NCBI GenBank assembly: GCA_001643675.2
Contig: LSRY02000039.1
Location: 868,001-932,000, forward strand
Reading direction: 5' to 3'
Length of the DNA stretch: 64,000 bases
Source: Monocercomonoides exilis PA203
Taxonomy: Eukaryota > Protista > Preaxostyla
Every line of letters starts with the position of its first letter. Positions within the stretch are counted from its first letter, which is position 1. Of this stretch, positions 34,726 to 47,000 are shown one piece after another. Position numbers and translations under genes: made by a program. Below the pieces are notes generated by a model that did not search any database, was not told the DNA's origin, and saw only the letters and a program-made list of their open reading frames with translations.

Positions 34726-37700
34726 CTAATCATCTTCGAGATTCGGTTCAACTATGTCAACAGGAATGTTTTCTTTAACAAAAGCACTAACCATCGTCTG
34801 ATCTTCATCAAAAGCTTCATCTTGCCCTTTATCATCTCCGCTATACTTTACGTAATGAGAATTCAGCGAAAGCAAATTCTGTTTAATGTCTTCTTCTTCC
34901 TTTTTCAGTCTTTGAACCCTTTTACGTATGAAGCAGAATGCAGCAATGAAAAAACCAAACAAACAAGCAATTCCAAGTACCAATATCAGTACAACAGCAA
35001 ATAAAGGAAGCTTTGTTCGATTATTTGTAGGATCAATCTCTTTTTCTTTCTTTTTCGTTGCAACCAAAGTATTAGAGGAAACAAAGGTATTTTCTTGTGG
35101 ATTGCTAAGAACAGAAACAAACACTTCAAACCGTTCAATTGACGGATCCTCTGCAATTTCTTTTTTCAATGTGAATGTTGAGCGTGTCTCGTTGATAACA
35201 TCAGTGAGGAAAAATGCATAGACTTTGTTTTCTTTTTCGTTTTCGTTTGAAGCTCTATTCAAGTGATGATAATTTTCTTCATATTTGTTTGCTTCAGTTT
35301 TTCCAATTCCCGTCACATAACACTGCAAATAGCAAGGCAAAAAATATAATCCCTCAAGAACAACGTTGTAGTCTTCTTTGGACAAAAACATTGTTGCGCT
35401 TGTCAAAATGGGCACAAAACACGAAGATGTTCGAGTCTTCATGGCTTCCCCTCCAATGCTGCAGCCTCTGTTCCAAACCCAAAGCGGAGAAGTCTCATCC
35501 AGCAATCCATCAGAAACCAACGAATCAACTGACACCTCTCCCTGCCCTTCACAGCGGATGTTGTGGCGCGAAAATTGTGATCCCAACATAATTCCCACCA
35601 GCGAGAAATCACAGGATGACACTTGCAAAGAACCTCCGGTGATAAGCACACCAGAGCATAACGAGTTCGTAAATGAGCAGTTATTCATCTGAGAGCAGCA
35701 GTACTTTAAGCCAATCAGAGCTTCTGGAACATCACAAATGGAAGACAAAGCAGCATCTGATACTGAAGTTGAAGAAGAAAAAGAGGAACTGAAAGAAGGT
35801 GACAAAAATGAATTGCCTCGATTCGCAAAAATTTTTGAATGATTCATTGAATTCTGAGAATAATCTCCATATCCAATAAATTCGCAATTTCGTAGCAATG
35901 CTCTTGTTGACTCTAGTAAAATAAGAGCACTGCTAAATAATTGCATTTGAGAGTAGAATGAAGAATTTGAAAGCGAAAATTCAACAAAAGGATGATCAGG
36001 CTCAGAAGAAATTCTCTTCAAGCCTGTTGACAGGAGATTCAATGTGAAAAACTTACCATCTCCTTTCGAATCAAGAATGCTTTTCAATGTTAAATTAACG
36101 TTTTCCAATGATATAGAGTGCAAACAATCATTTTTTCCTCTGTTTCCCTCTGAGTGTTGGCATTCATGTTGATTAACTGGAGAACATTGCAAAGGAGCTT
36201 CATTTGACTGCAATGGAACGTCCACAACGAATAATAAAAGTGAAGAAGAAATAAACGTGTCCAAAGAAATAGAAACATCTTTGAAATCAATGAGATTGCA
36301 GTTGCCAAACACAAACAAATTTACCATCTCAATAAAGATTGTGAAAGATGAATGAGATATGTGCACCTCTCCCTTTGATGCAGACAGCAGTGTGATGCAC
36401 ACTGGACTGCTCTGCTGATCAACCTGTTTCTCAACATACGAAAAATGCTCGAGCTTTGTAATGCAACTATCAGCAAGAAACAAAACATCTTTGTCTGTTT
36501 TGAATTCAGTTCCAACAACCAAGTCCACAGAAGAAAGACAGAAAGAGGATGTGCACAAACACAAAGCATTGAACGTGAAAAGCGAATGAATGCTGCTGTT
36601 AAGAAGAATGCTGCGAAAAGGAGAAGGAGAAACAGAAGTAATTTTGATATCCTTTACTCGTATTTCTCTTTCCAATGGCACAGATGAAATAAGAACAATT
36701 TCTGCCATCTTTTCCTCTTCGCCATTTTGCTCCCATTTTTCCGAGAAGCTATTTTTCATTCTATTTTGCATTGAAATCATCTTTAAATTCCAGTTTTGCC
36801 TTCTTTTTGTTGCAGTATCAACTACGTCTGACAAATGCACAATGCCATCAGATAGTTCAGTACACGGATTGTCTTTTGATCCACAATCTTCTTCTGTTGA
36901 CGAAGAAACGGAAGAAAGTCCATCTACATCTTCCTTTTTTATCCCACAATAACATTTTTGATCTCGAAAAATGTCAAGCAAAATTTCAGTCACAACATTC
37001 ATGCTTTTATCATCTTTTTGATCAACAGCAAGTATTGAGTTATGAGTACTGAAATTATTCGCAATTGGATCAAAGAGAAATTGAACGAACGAAAGCTGAC
37101 TTTTTGGCTCACGGCACACAAAGCATACATCGCGCCCAAACGTTGCTTGGTTTTGATTACAAGAAAGCTTAATTATAAGAAAAGGAAGCAGAGTTCCTGA
37201 AGAAGGAGACGACGATGGAGATGAATCCACAACGCAAACGCCTCCTCCATGTCCACCAGCAGCAACAGTCTGACAGAAAGAAAACGTTGTTGTGTCGAGT
37301 GTGAAGCTATCGTCTTCCGAATAAAGGTCAATTTTGAGTGCTCCTCCGTAGAAAGAAGAATCAGATGAGCAATTTGAGAAAGAAGTATTAGTTATTGTGA
37401 CGGCCATTGGATGCAAATTAATTTTTGGAGAGGAAGTATTGATGGAAGATGAGGAGAAAGAAGAGCAGAATGAAGCGAATGATGAAGTGGAATGACGTGA
37501 GACAGAATTTTGTAGATGTGAAGCTGAAATGGCTGGAGAATTTTGCGTATCGAGATCATGAATGAAACTTGAGTCAATTTGCAGTAAACAGCCAGCACTG
37601 GTTGTTTCTTGCACATTCACTGCTGAAGTTGACTGAAATGCGAAGTGAAATAAATTTAGAGAAGCAAATTTGACGCAACCTCCATTAATTTGTATGATTG

Positions 37701-40113
37701 GAGAGCGAACATTTTGTAAGGTATAGTAAGAGGGAAGAGAAGGCGAATGATCATCGCCTTTGATTAGAACATTCGACAAAGTCAAGTCAAATGTGCGAAA
37801 TGGATCGAAATTGAACGATGCGAAATCCGCTTCAACAAGAAAAAGAGGAGAAAAAACGATTTGAGAAGTCGTGTCAATAACAAATGCCATATTGGCAACA
37901 GTCATCGCTTTGCGAACAATAAATAGAGGATGATCACGAGCAGACAACGTAGGTCTGATTCCAGTACTTGTCTGCCCTGAGCCTTTTATTTGAAGTGGAG
38001 AACGGCGAATTTCATAGCATTCATCGCTTCTGCATGCAACGTCTCCTTCCATTAACCATATTTCCCTCTCTATCTCTTCTGTAATCTGAGAGAAAGCATC
38101 TTTGAGCGTTGAACACGATTGCTCTTCAGAAATACCACAAATTTCAGAAGCGTATTCTGAATGAGCTTGTTTTTTTTGAACTTGAAATACGTCGTTCGTA
38201 GTTTTTGTTTTGTGTGAGTTGCTTTTCGTTGAATTCTCACTCTGCTCTGTTTCACAACTTTCATCAACTTCAACAAATACTTTTCCCTCAGAAATTGCAT
38301 TCACTTCTTCATTCAGCCTTTTGTTCGAAATCTCGTTATTCTTAACTCCACTGACAAATACCTTCCGCATGCCTGTCATAAGCCAAAAGTCAACATTTAT
38401 TGCAGTTAGCTTGCCTAACCTCCACAGAACCCTTTCGTTTCGTTTTGTGCTAAACGAATATAATGTGGGGCGAGTGTGATTCAAAAGCACTTTGTATACG
38501 TCGATAAAGAGTAGATCCGAGGCAGCTTCTTCAGGTGCTTGATTCTCCACCGAATTATTGTGGAAAAACGAAAAAGCGAGAAGTGGAGACGAAGAGTGCA
38601 ACGTATTGAAGCAATTAATCTCAAGTCCAGCACTCGCATTAAAGCTTTGACAATGAAGGAATGAGCATTCAGTAACCAAGGTATCAAATGAAAACAACAA
38701 AATATTAATTCCTCCAAAGTAACTACTTGCGCCGCAGCGAGAAATAACACAGTTTGAAATAATCGCGTCAGCATTCAAAGCAGCTGCTTGTGAAAGATTT
38801 GATTGCAATTGCTGAATTGTCTCATTAATCGATGCATAATTCTCCATTTCCCCTGAATTATTCACTTCAAATTGATGTTTGTAGTAAATCTGATTCGATG
38901 TGACATCTGAGAAAATAAGCGTTGCAGCTCCGCCAACCGCAGCATTACAATCCTCCATCACACATGAATCAATGTGCAACATTGAAATCATACCGAAAAT
39001 TGCTCCTCCAAATTCTTCTTGCTTTTCCGAAGTTCTGACTGAATTATTTGAGAAAGCACATCCTGAAGCTATTAGATGGCATCCAACCACATAGATTGCT
39101 CCTCCGCTAGAAATACTATGGCAATGCTTGAATGTGCATGATTGAATCTCCACATGACAGCCTTGAAAGCTCGAAAAAACACATAACGCACCTCCTGAGC
39201 AATAAAGATAGTTTCCTGGAGAGGCCGAACATTTTTCTTCAGAAATTGTATCATTGAGAAATTCGCATTGATAGAATAAAATATTTCCAAGTAAATATGT
39301 CTGGCTATATCGTGGCATTGGTGGCTTTTCTTGCGGCAATGTGGCTATAACACTTGAAAATGAGCGTCTGATCCCATTGAACGAAGAATTTCGTGCTTCA
39401 AAATGTTCATATTTAGCCACATTCTGGAACAGCAATCCATCAAACACATTTATGCATTTTTCCAATTTACAAGAAGAAATGCAAAGAAAATCAATTCCAA
39501 AATCTGAAATTTTTCGAGAAATGAAACGAGTTGAAGAAATATTTGCGAAATTAGTCGAGCTAATTGCTATATTTGATTCAGCTGATGTTGGAAAAATTGG
39601 ATTTGAACTTTGAAAGTGAGAAATAAAAGAAGAAGTTATCGAAACGAGACCAGAAGATGATTTGGAGAATATCATTAGATTTTCACGGGTTCTTTTCGAT
39701 TTTTCCGATTTTACAGAAACATTATTCATTAAAACAGTTCCTTTTGTTGAAAAGAAACTTCCTTCAGTAGAAGCTGTTAGCAAACAAAAATTTATTGAAA
39801 TTAATGCATCAGAGCAAATGTTGAAAAAATAGCTTGGCTCATTCATTGAAAAGTGTATATCAAAAATAGAAAGAGAACTGTTGCAACAATGAAAAACTGA
39901 TGAATATTGCAGCGATTTCTTTGCTATGTTATCGACAGATATAACTGTTGTTTCAAAAGATGAAGGGAATGGAAATAAATTGTGAAATATATTCGCAGTA
40001 GACTGCTCACAAGCTATTTTCTCCAATTTTGAAGATGATGAATTTTGAGTAAAAATGAAACTAAATAGAGATAAAACGCAAATGTACATCAACTTCATAT
40101 ATAAGTGGTACAT
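34726..40113 (-). CDS. Large type I membrane protein with GGA/beta-helix-like repeats and a short cytoplasmic tail; distant paralog of 7214-15160
   Basis: 1795-aa ORF; N-terminal hydrophobic stretch; GGAL, GGAIY, GGAIF, GGHGGGV..N.A.FGRDV; CGSKDNPC; TM LFAVVLILVLGIACLFGFFIAAFCFI-RKR. Confidence 0.88.
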   Translation of the reverse strand: MYHLYMKLMYICVLSLFSFIFTQNSSSSKLEKIACEQSTANIFHNLFPFPSSFETTVISVDNIAKKSLQYSSVFHCCNSSLSIFDIHFSMNEPSYFFNICSDALISINFCLLTASTEGSFFSTKGTVLMNNVSVKSEKSKRTRENLMIFSKSSSGLVSITSSFISHFQSSNPIFPTSAESNIAISSTNFANISSTRFISRKISDFGIDFLCISSCKLEKCINVFDGLLFQNVAKYEHFEARNSSFNGIRRSFSSVIATLPQEKPPMPRYSQTYLLGNILFYQCEFLNDTISEEKCSASPGNYLYCSGGALCVFSSFQGCHVEIQSCTFKHCHSISSGGAIYVVGCHLIASGCAFSNNSVRTSEKQEEFGGAIFGMISMLHIDSCVMEDCNAAVGGAATLIFSDVTSNQIYYKHQFEVNNSGEMENYASINETIQQLQSNLSQAAALNADAIISNCVISRCGASSYFGGINILLFSFDTLVTECSFLHCQSFNASAGLEINCFNTLHSSSPLLAFSFFHNNSVENQAPEEAASDLLFIDVYKVLLNHTRPTLYSFSTKRNERVLWRLGKLTAINVDFWLMTGMRKVFVSGVKNNEISNKRLNEEVNAISEGKVFVEVDESCETEQSENSTKSNSHKTKTTNDVFQVQKKQAHSEYASEICGISEEQSCSTLKDAFSQITEEIEREIWLMEGDVACRSDECYEIRRSPLQIKGSGQTSTGIRPTLSARDHPLFIVRKAMTVANMAFVIDTTSQIVFSPLFLVEADFASFNFDPFRTFDLTLSNVLIKGDDHSPSLPSYYTLQNVRSPIIQINGGCVKFASLNLFHFAFQSTSAVNVQETTSAGCLLQIDSSFIHDLDTQNSPAISASHLQNSVSRHSTSSFASFCSSFSSSSINTSSPKINLHPMAVTITNTSFSNCSSDSSFYGGALKIDLYSEDDSFTLDTTTFSFCQTVAAGGHGGGVCVVDSSPSSSPSSGTLLPFLIIKLSCNQNQATFGRDVCFVCREPKSQLSFVQFLFDPIANNFSTHNSILAVDQKDDKSMNVVTEILLDIFRDQKCYCGIKKEDVDGLSSVSSSTEEDCGSKDNPCTELSDGIVHLSDVVDTATKRRQNWNLKMISMQNRMKNSFSEKWEQNGEEEKMAEIVLISSVPLEREIRVKDIKITSVSPSPFRSILLNSSIHSLFTFNALCLCTSSFCLSSVDLVVGTEFKTDKDVLFLADSCITKLEHFSYVEKQVDQQSSPVCITLLSASKGEVHISHSSFTIFIEMVNLFVFGNCNLIDFKDVSISLDTFISSSLLLFVVDVPLQSNEAPLQCSPVNQHECQHSEGNRGKNDCLHSISLENVNLTLKSILDSKGDGKFFTLNLLSTGLKRISSEPDHPFVEFSLSNSSFYSQMQLFSSALILLESTRALLRNCEFIGYGDYSQNSMNHSKIFANRGNSFLSPSFSSSFSSSTSVSDAALSSICDVPEALIGLKYCCSQMNNCSFTNSLCSGVLITGGSLQVSSCDFSLVGIMLGSQFSRHNIRCEGQGEVSVDSLVSDGLLDETSPLWVWNRGCSIGGEAMKTRTSSCFVPILTSATMFLSKEDYNVVLEGLYFLPCYLQCYVTGIGKTEANKYEENYHHLNRASNENEKENKVYAFFLTDVINETRSTFTLKKEIAEDPSIERFEVFVSVLSNPQENTFVSSNTLVATKKKEKEIDPTNNRTKLPLFAVVLILVLGIACLFGFFIAAFCFIRKRVQRLKKEEEDIKQNLLSLNSHYVKYSGDDKGQDEAFDEDQTMVSAFVKENIPVDIVEPNLEDD

Positions 40114-40352
40114 TTTATCTCATAAATAATTTTCTCAAATCCTTTTAACGGAAAATATAAAATTTTTTATGTTTCAATATTTACATATTGGTTATGATCT
40201 CAACTATTTCAACTTTCTCTTAAACGAACTTGATGTCGAATGAAAAGATGATTTTGTTTTATTAAATTATTTTGAATTTAAATGCCTATAATAGCACACG
40301 CAAAAGAAAGCGAGTTTTTCAAATATTTGATTTGAAAATATTCTACAGATAA

Positions 40353-42310
40353 ATGTTTCAGCTCTTCATTTTATGCACCTTCTCAAATACTGTTGGACAA
40401 TGGATAAATCCAACAGATGTTTTTTCAAGTAATCCAAACATATTTCAGAACGTCTTTCCAAACGCAATGCCTTTTTTCCAGACTCAACCACAATCACAAC
40501 AGCCTCAACAACAACAGCCAGTGATCGAAGAACCAAAGCAACCAACTCCAAAGAATGAAACTGGTATTTTTATATCATTAATATTCAAAATTATTATCAA
40601 TTATTCATTATTTTGACTTTATAATCATTTTTTTTCGAAAATTGATGTTATTTTTTAATTAAAGTGGAAGAGAAGCCAAAGGAGCAAAAGAAAGAATTAA
40701 ATCATGAAGAGAAAAAAGAAAAAGGATACGTTCCTAGCTGTCTTTACGATTATGATGATGACTCATTTGCATCCTTTCGAGCAAAATACCCTTCGAAATA
40801 TTCAAAGAGAGAAAGATCGTATGATGATGATGACTTTCCAAGAAAGTCTCCACGTCGTTATACGCGTACGGACTATCATCGTGATAATTATTATGATTCT
40901 TACGAAAGAACTCGCTACGAAAGGCCAACTCCTCGCTTTTCAAGTCGTTATGCCTCAAAAACAACACCTTTTTATTCAGCTCTGATGAGCTCAAGTGCGT
41001 TTCCTTCAACTCCTTCGTTATCTGACAAAGAACTTCGTTTGATTGAAAAGAAAACGCAATCTCGACTTTCCTGTCTTGCTGACTGTGCTGTTTGCTTCTT
41101 CAATTGCTTTTCAAAATTTATTTTTTGGATCAAATATTTTTATTATGAATGCAATCTTTTTCTCAAATTCAATATGATTTCTTATCCCTTTATTTTGACA
41201 AATGCATTATTATTATTATTCCTATTACTATTATTAAATTGAAGGACGAATACGAGGACTGTCTTGATCAAATACGAGAGATGGATCGGGAGAAGCCGAA
41301 ATCCACCGCTCTTCTGTCGAAATCAGAGCTGAGCGAGTTGGCTGGCGATGGGAACTTCAGCATGGATGGGAATAGCAGCACGGTTGCTGGGCTGGCCGGG
41401 GATGTGGATGGAAGGAAGAGTGCGAATGGTACGGGGATGATTGAGAACGGAGATAAGTCGGTATCAATGAGGAATTCAACAGAAGTTAAAGCTACTGGAA
41501 TGATAAATGAAAGTGATAAAGGATCAGAAAAGGAAGATAAAGCGGAAATTAGAGGAGGAAATGAAAAGGAAATAGGAAAAGACACAATACAAGAAGAAGG
41601 AAAAGGTGATGATGACGATGATGAACAAGCCACTAAACAGCCGCTTTCCTTTTCGAGCTACGAAAGAGAGCCCAGAATTCGCAGTCCATTTCAGAAGAAG
41701 AAAGAGAAGCCGACTGGAAGATCACGCAATTCGAGCTTCAAAGAGCAGACTGAACGCGAAAGAAGGGCAATGCGAAAGGAAAGAGACGATTTGACTGAAG
41801 AAGAGCAGCCGATGAGCCGAGGAGGGTGCAGAGAAAGGCAGAAGAAGTGTTCGAAGAGATGTGAAGACAACGAAGAGGAAGACGCGCTTTCGGTGTGTGA
41901 GATGATGAAGACAGCAGCAAACAAGGCGTGTGAGGATCAGTACGACGGTTTGTGAAGATTCTATTTATTTATTTATTTATTTATTTGAATATTGTGATTC
42001 AATTCAATATTTCACTCAAAATGATTGATTTTTCTTTTGAATTAACTTTCTTCACCAATCTTTTTTCAAACACAAAATGATAATTTCTTTTATGTCATTT
42101 AAAAAACTTCTCTTTATCAAATTTATATTAATTGCATCTTTTTTTTTTTTTCATTCATCAGATCGGATGACAATTGGGCTTCTGTATTCGAAGCGCTCTG
42201 CTGATTATGCGGCTGAGAGAGAACGGAAAGAGCGAAGAGACCTGAGAAGATGCAATGCAGCTGTGAACGATGCTTATGATGAATGTCTGTTGGGAATAGG
42301 AAAGCACTAA
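40353..42310 (+). CDS. Hypothetical protein, 4 exons, largely low-complexity
   Basis: Exons 40353-40563, 40665-41089, 41245-41947, 42162-42310 join in frame by GT-AG introns. Recurrent C..D.Y(D/E)(D/E)C-like motif. Confidence 0.68.
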
Positions 42311-42672
42311 AGTCTCAGACAAAACAGATGTGTTGGATTTTATTGAAGAAGTTGAAAAGATAAATTGATATGTGAACAATAACATTTTGATTTAAATTTG
42401 TTTATTGTGTCAATTAATTTTTGTCTTGATAAAAGAAGCATGTCTTTTTTTTTGTTCTTCGATCCATCTTTTTAAATGTGAATAAATTAACATTCTGAAA
42501 GTTAAGTTTTATTTTTGTTTTGTTCACATTTCAATTGATCTTATTTCAAAAAAGAAAGAAAGAAAAGAAAAGAAAGTTGGAAATGTTTCAACGATATTTC
42601 GAAGGAGAAGGAAATCTTAATCTTCAAACGAAAAAGAAAATGAAGTTATGATCTTAAGATGATTTGATTGAA

Positions 42673-42703
<31 letters not shown>

Positions 42704-43675
42704 GTGAGATTCAAAGAATGAAAGGATCCTTTTTTTCAGAATTTGAAAAAATAGTGCAATTTCTTATTTGGAGTAAGATGTTCTTTTATCTCCACAAGCA
42801 TTTCTGTTCAAATAAAAATATTTTCAATTCAAAAAAATGTGAGAAAAGATTTTAAAATTCTACATGTTTCAAAGAGTAAATAAAAATCTGTTTTATTGAA
42901 ATGAATAACATAAATGAATGAGAAATTCAAACGAACGATAACAATGCATAACTTTTGTTGCATATTTATAAATATTAAATTTTTTTTTTAAAACAATAAT
43001 AATTATTATAATTATATCTTTTATCAATCAATTTGAACAAAATAACAAAATACTCAAAAAAAGGCAGAATATTTTAACATATCAATCGAGAACTTCAATC
43101 TCTGTCACCACATTTTTGTAAAAAATTTGTGTTAAATATGCCATTTTAGTAGGCACATTAAACACAAAAGAAAAGTGATGAATATTTAATCTCAACAAAT
43201 TTCAGAAAGATAAATAAATAAAATAATAATAATAATAACTGAAATAAAATTCAATAATGAATGGAACATAAAAACAGAATCTAAATACAATGTGCGGGGT
43301 GATAAAAGGAAACATACACATATTTTTATATTGTTCCAATAAAATTGAAGAATTCAAAGAGAGGAAGATCAAAAAGATTAGAAAATAGCATAAATTTGTG
43401 TATCAAAGAAAGAAATAGAAGTTTAGGTGAATAATGATGCAAGGAAATTTTCATTCATCTCATTAGAATAAGAGAAAAGAAAAGATAATTTAAAAACAAT
43501 CAGTATGACATATAATTCAATAAAACAACCAAAGAAAATGTATCAATAACTCACTGCAAGTCAAACAAAATAAACAGCGTAGCGAATAAAGAAATTAAGA
43601 AGAGAGAAGTTTGAGATAAATCTAAATAAAGTTTTTCGATTCATTTAGAAAGAAAAACATATGATGGAAAGGAGG

Positions 43676-43775
43676 AAGAGAAGAGAAGAGAAGAGAAGAG
43701 AAGAGAAGAGAAGAGAAGAGAAGAGAAGAGAAGAGAAGAGAAGAGAAGAGAAGAGAAGAGAAGAGAAGAGAAGAG
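43676..43775. repeat. (AAGAG)20 pentanucleotide microsatellite
   Basis: Perfect tandem run downstream of the Tmc-like gene stop codon. Confidence 0.97.
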
Positions 43776-44046
43776 AAATACATTGGGCAGAGAATAATCA
43801 ATTTCAAGTCCATATTGTAAGGAATCAAGAAAGAGAAAGAGAAAGAGAGCGAGAATGAGAATGAGATAGAAAGAGAACATAAACACTCAAAACAACATGT
43901 GAAACAGTGCGTGAAATGAAATCCAATGAAATGAAATGAAAATAGAATAAGAATAAGAATAAGAAAGAACAAAAGACAGATAGATTGATAGATTGACTGA
44001 GTCCATTTTCAAACAGAATAATTCACACAACAATCATCGCTCCTCA

Positions 44047-47000
44047 TCACAGTCTGAGATCAGGTTCGTCCAACTGCTCACCTCCATCGCTCATCCCATC
44101 CATCTCGTTGTTCTCATTGTTTTCATTGTTCTCGTCTGTCTTGTTCTGCCCCGCTGAGAAATCGACCTGTGTCTGCGCGTATTTGATATCGTCGTCTGTG
44201 AAATGCTTGTCGAATATTCGAATCAAAGCCCTCTTCGCAGACATCTGCGCGGCAGCATTCGACGTCACAATCTGATCCATTATGATCGTCAGCCTCTGTC
44301 TGAGCAGAATGTGATCAGCACTGTGCTCTTTGAACTCCGAATACCCCGCCTGCGCCATCTCTTTCTCTTCCTCTGTGAACTGCTTCAGACACATCTGAAT
44401 CAGGTGCTGCATAAGACTCACAATCACTGAGCTTGACTCTTTGTCCTTCAGTGCTTGGATCACTGCCTGCGCTGAGTTGATGATGCGCCTTCTTTCCACA
44501 TCCCATTTTTTGATGTGCGTCACCATCGACGGCAGCATCACCATCTCCTTCTCGTCCTCGTCTGTCGGCAGCAGCTCCTTCAGCTTCTTTGTGTAGTTTG
44601 ACTCCTTCAGCAGCCCATTCCTCAGAGGCGTGATCACACACATGTACGACAGAAACACCAACACACACACACAGCACGTGATAATCGTGATGGTGTCCAT
44701 CGTCGTCTGCACAGTTGCCACGCCGCTGTCTTCCAGCTCTGTGGAGATGTGCAAGTTCCCGTCGCGCATGTCAAATGACAGGGCAGTGTGAAGGTAGAGA
44801 TAGTAGTCACTCGTCACATTCAGCGGACATGGTGAGTCATTCATGTTCAGTCGGTTGATTTCGTGCACGTAGAACTTGAACCGGCTGATCAAAGAGGACA
44901 TGCCCAGGATCTTCTTGTCGATGTGGAACAGTCTGTTTTGATATTCTGGCAGGTTGCACATGTATTCATGTTCCAAATAGCAATCTTTTTCCTCAAAGAG
45001 CATTTTCGTGTTCAAATCGATGTCTGCATGTGATGCCTTCACCAAGTCCACTATTCGATCCCCAGTGTCCTGTGAGTTCTCTGCCCCGTAATGAACTGAC
45101 GAGTGGATGCGGTCGTAGTAGCTCATCAAAGAAAAGATGTAGTCCATCATCTGCTGTCTGTCTGTTGTGAAGTGCGACGAGTTGCGCCAGACCGGATTGG
45201 TCGATTTTGGGTAATCAACGTTGCTGATGTATGTCAGTGCTGCTGTGTTATCGTGTGTCATACGCAGTAGAAAGTAGTGGATCATCGACAGAATCGTCGG
45301 GCGCAGGCCAGACAGAAAGATAGACGGCGCCAGGGAGTCGTGTGCTGCACACATGAAGAACCCGCACAGCCCCAAAGCCAGTCCACATACAAGAAAGACC
45401 AGCACACCTGCAAGTGTCTGGATGAACATCTTTGTCGACAGCGCTGACGGGAATGAAGCAAACATCGATGCCAGCTTCTGCATATCTGCATCCAGCTTGT
45501 CTTCCCACTTGCTGTCTGGAACGACATTCCTGATGATCCCCCTCATCGCCTCTTCTGCCTCGTCTTCATCGTCTGGAATGCGCACCTGCGGCATCATTGA
45601 GCGGTCGATGGCAACTCCTGTCTGCGGCTGGTGCGGAGTCACACCTGCTGTTGAGGATGTGTTTGTCCCTTGTGACGGTGTCTTCGCACAGTGCTGGGAA
45701 ATCGTGCCTCCATTCGCATTGCCACTGCTACTGCCGTTTGCCCCGTTGGCTGATCGTTCTGCTGCAGAAAGCGGCTGGAAGACTCTTGTGGTTCCGAACA
45801 AGGTAGCAGTCTGACCTGGAATGATTGAGTTTTCTGAAGAACTTGAAGAAGAGGAAGAGGAAGAGGATGAAGAAGACGATTCATCAGAGGAAGATGAGGA
45901 TGAACTGTCGGTTGAGCTGAAGTCAGATAGCAGAGTCGCTTTGCCTGTTCGTGATGTCTGTGAAGGAGTATGCTCAAAGTTCTTATTCTGCCCTTTCTTC
46001 TTCTCTCCATTCTTTTTATGTTTGTGTCGATGTTTCCTTTTTCCTCTCAGCTCTGTATCGTGCAATGTTTGAAACTGCTTTGCGATTTCAGACTGCTGCG
46101 AAAGAGAGGGAGAGAATGGCGGACTGATCAGGTGGGAAATGCTGGTGCTTGTTTGTGAGGTGCTCCCTGTGCGTGCGAGAAGCTGCTGCTGGAGAATTTG
46201 GTTCTGTTGCTGAAGAAGAGCAAGGTGCTGCTGCACTTGCATCTGCACAGAGGATGACGCAGAGAGTGTTGAAGAAAGAGGATGATATGTTCCTCCTGCC
46301 CCTCCGAATCCATTGCCTGTCCCGCCCACTCCATTCGCCCCGTTCGGCGATGTTGCAGTGAGTGAGTTCTGGTTCAGTGACTGCATCGTGGGCGACATCA
46401 GAGAAGAAGGACGATAGCCCAACTGAGGCACATGCGAGAGAGAGGACGCCTGGTGTATTTGAGGTGTGACCTCGTTTGACGTATTAAGTGACGTTGTGCT
46501 CAGCAAACTGCGACCGAAATAAGGTGATGTTTGCGGACGCTCTGAAGAAGGCAGACTGCCATTGAGCGACGCTGTTGCTGCCTGTGACGCAGCCGTCTTC
46601 GAGCTCTGGTTGAACAGCTTATGTGAAGCAGAGGCACCTGGATATCCCGACAAGTAGCTGTGCCCCAATGCCCCTTGGTTTGATGACGGGAGCAGCAAGT
46701 TTGTCGCACCGAGGTTGCCCTTCATCGGCCCAGGGACGCCTCTCAGCAGCGGAGACAGGCTTCTGCCAGGGTTGGCTCCCAAAGTGAGTCCCGCAGGCAT
46801 TGTGGCGAAGATGTTTGTGGGTAGTTGGGAAATCAAGGAAGGTGTAGAGACAGCCGCAAGCGGAGGATTAGAGCGTGCTGTGATTGAACCGCTGCGGGGT
46901 GTCTGGATGCGCTGGTTGACTTCCTCGGGCTTCAGGCGGGGGTCGCTGTCTTTGTTTGCTTCTTTAACCTTCCCGTCAGACGACGAGCGAGAACTGCCTC

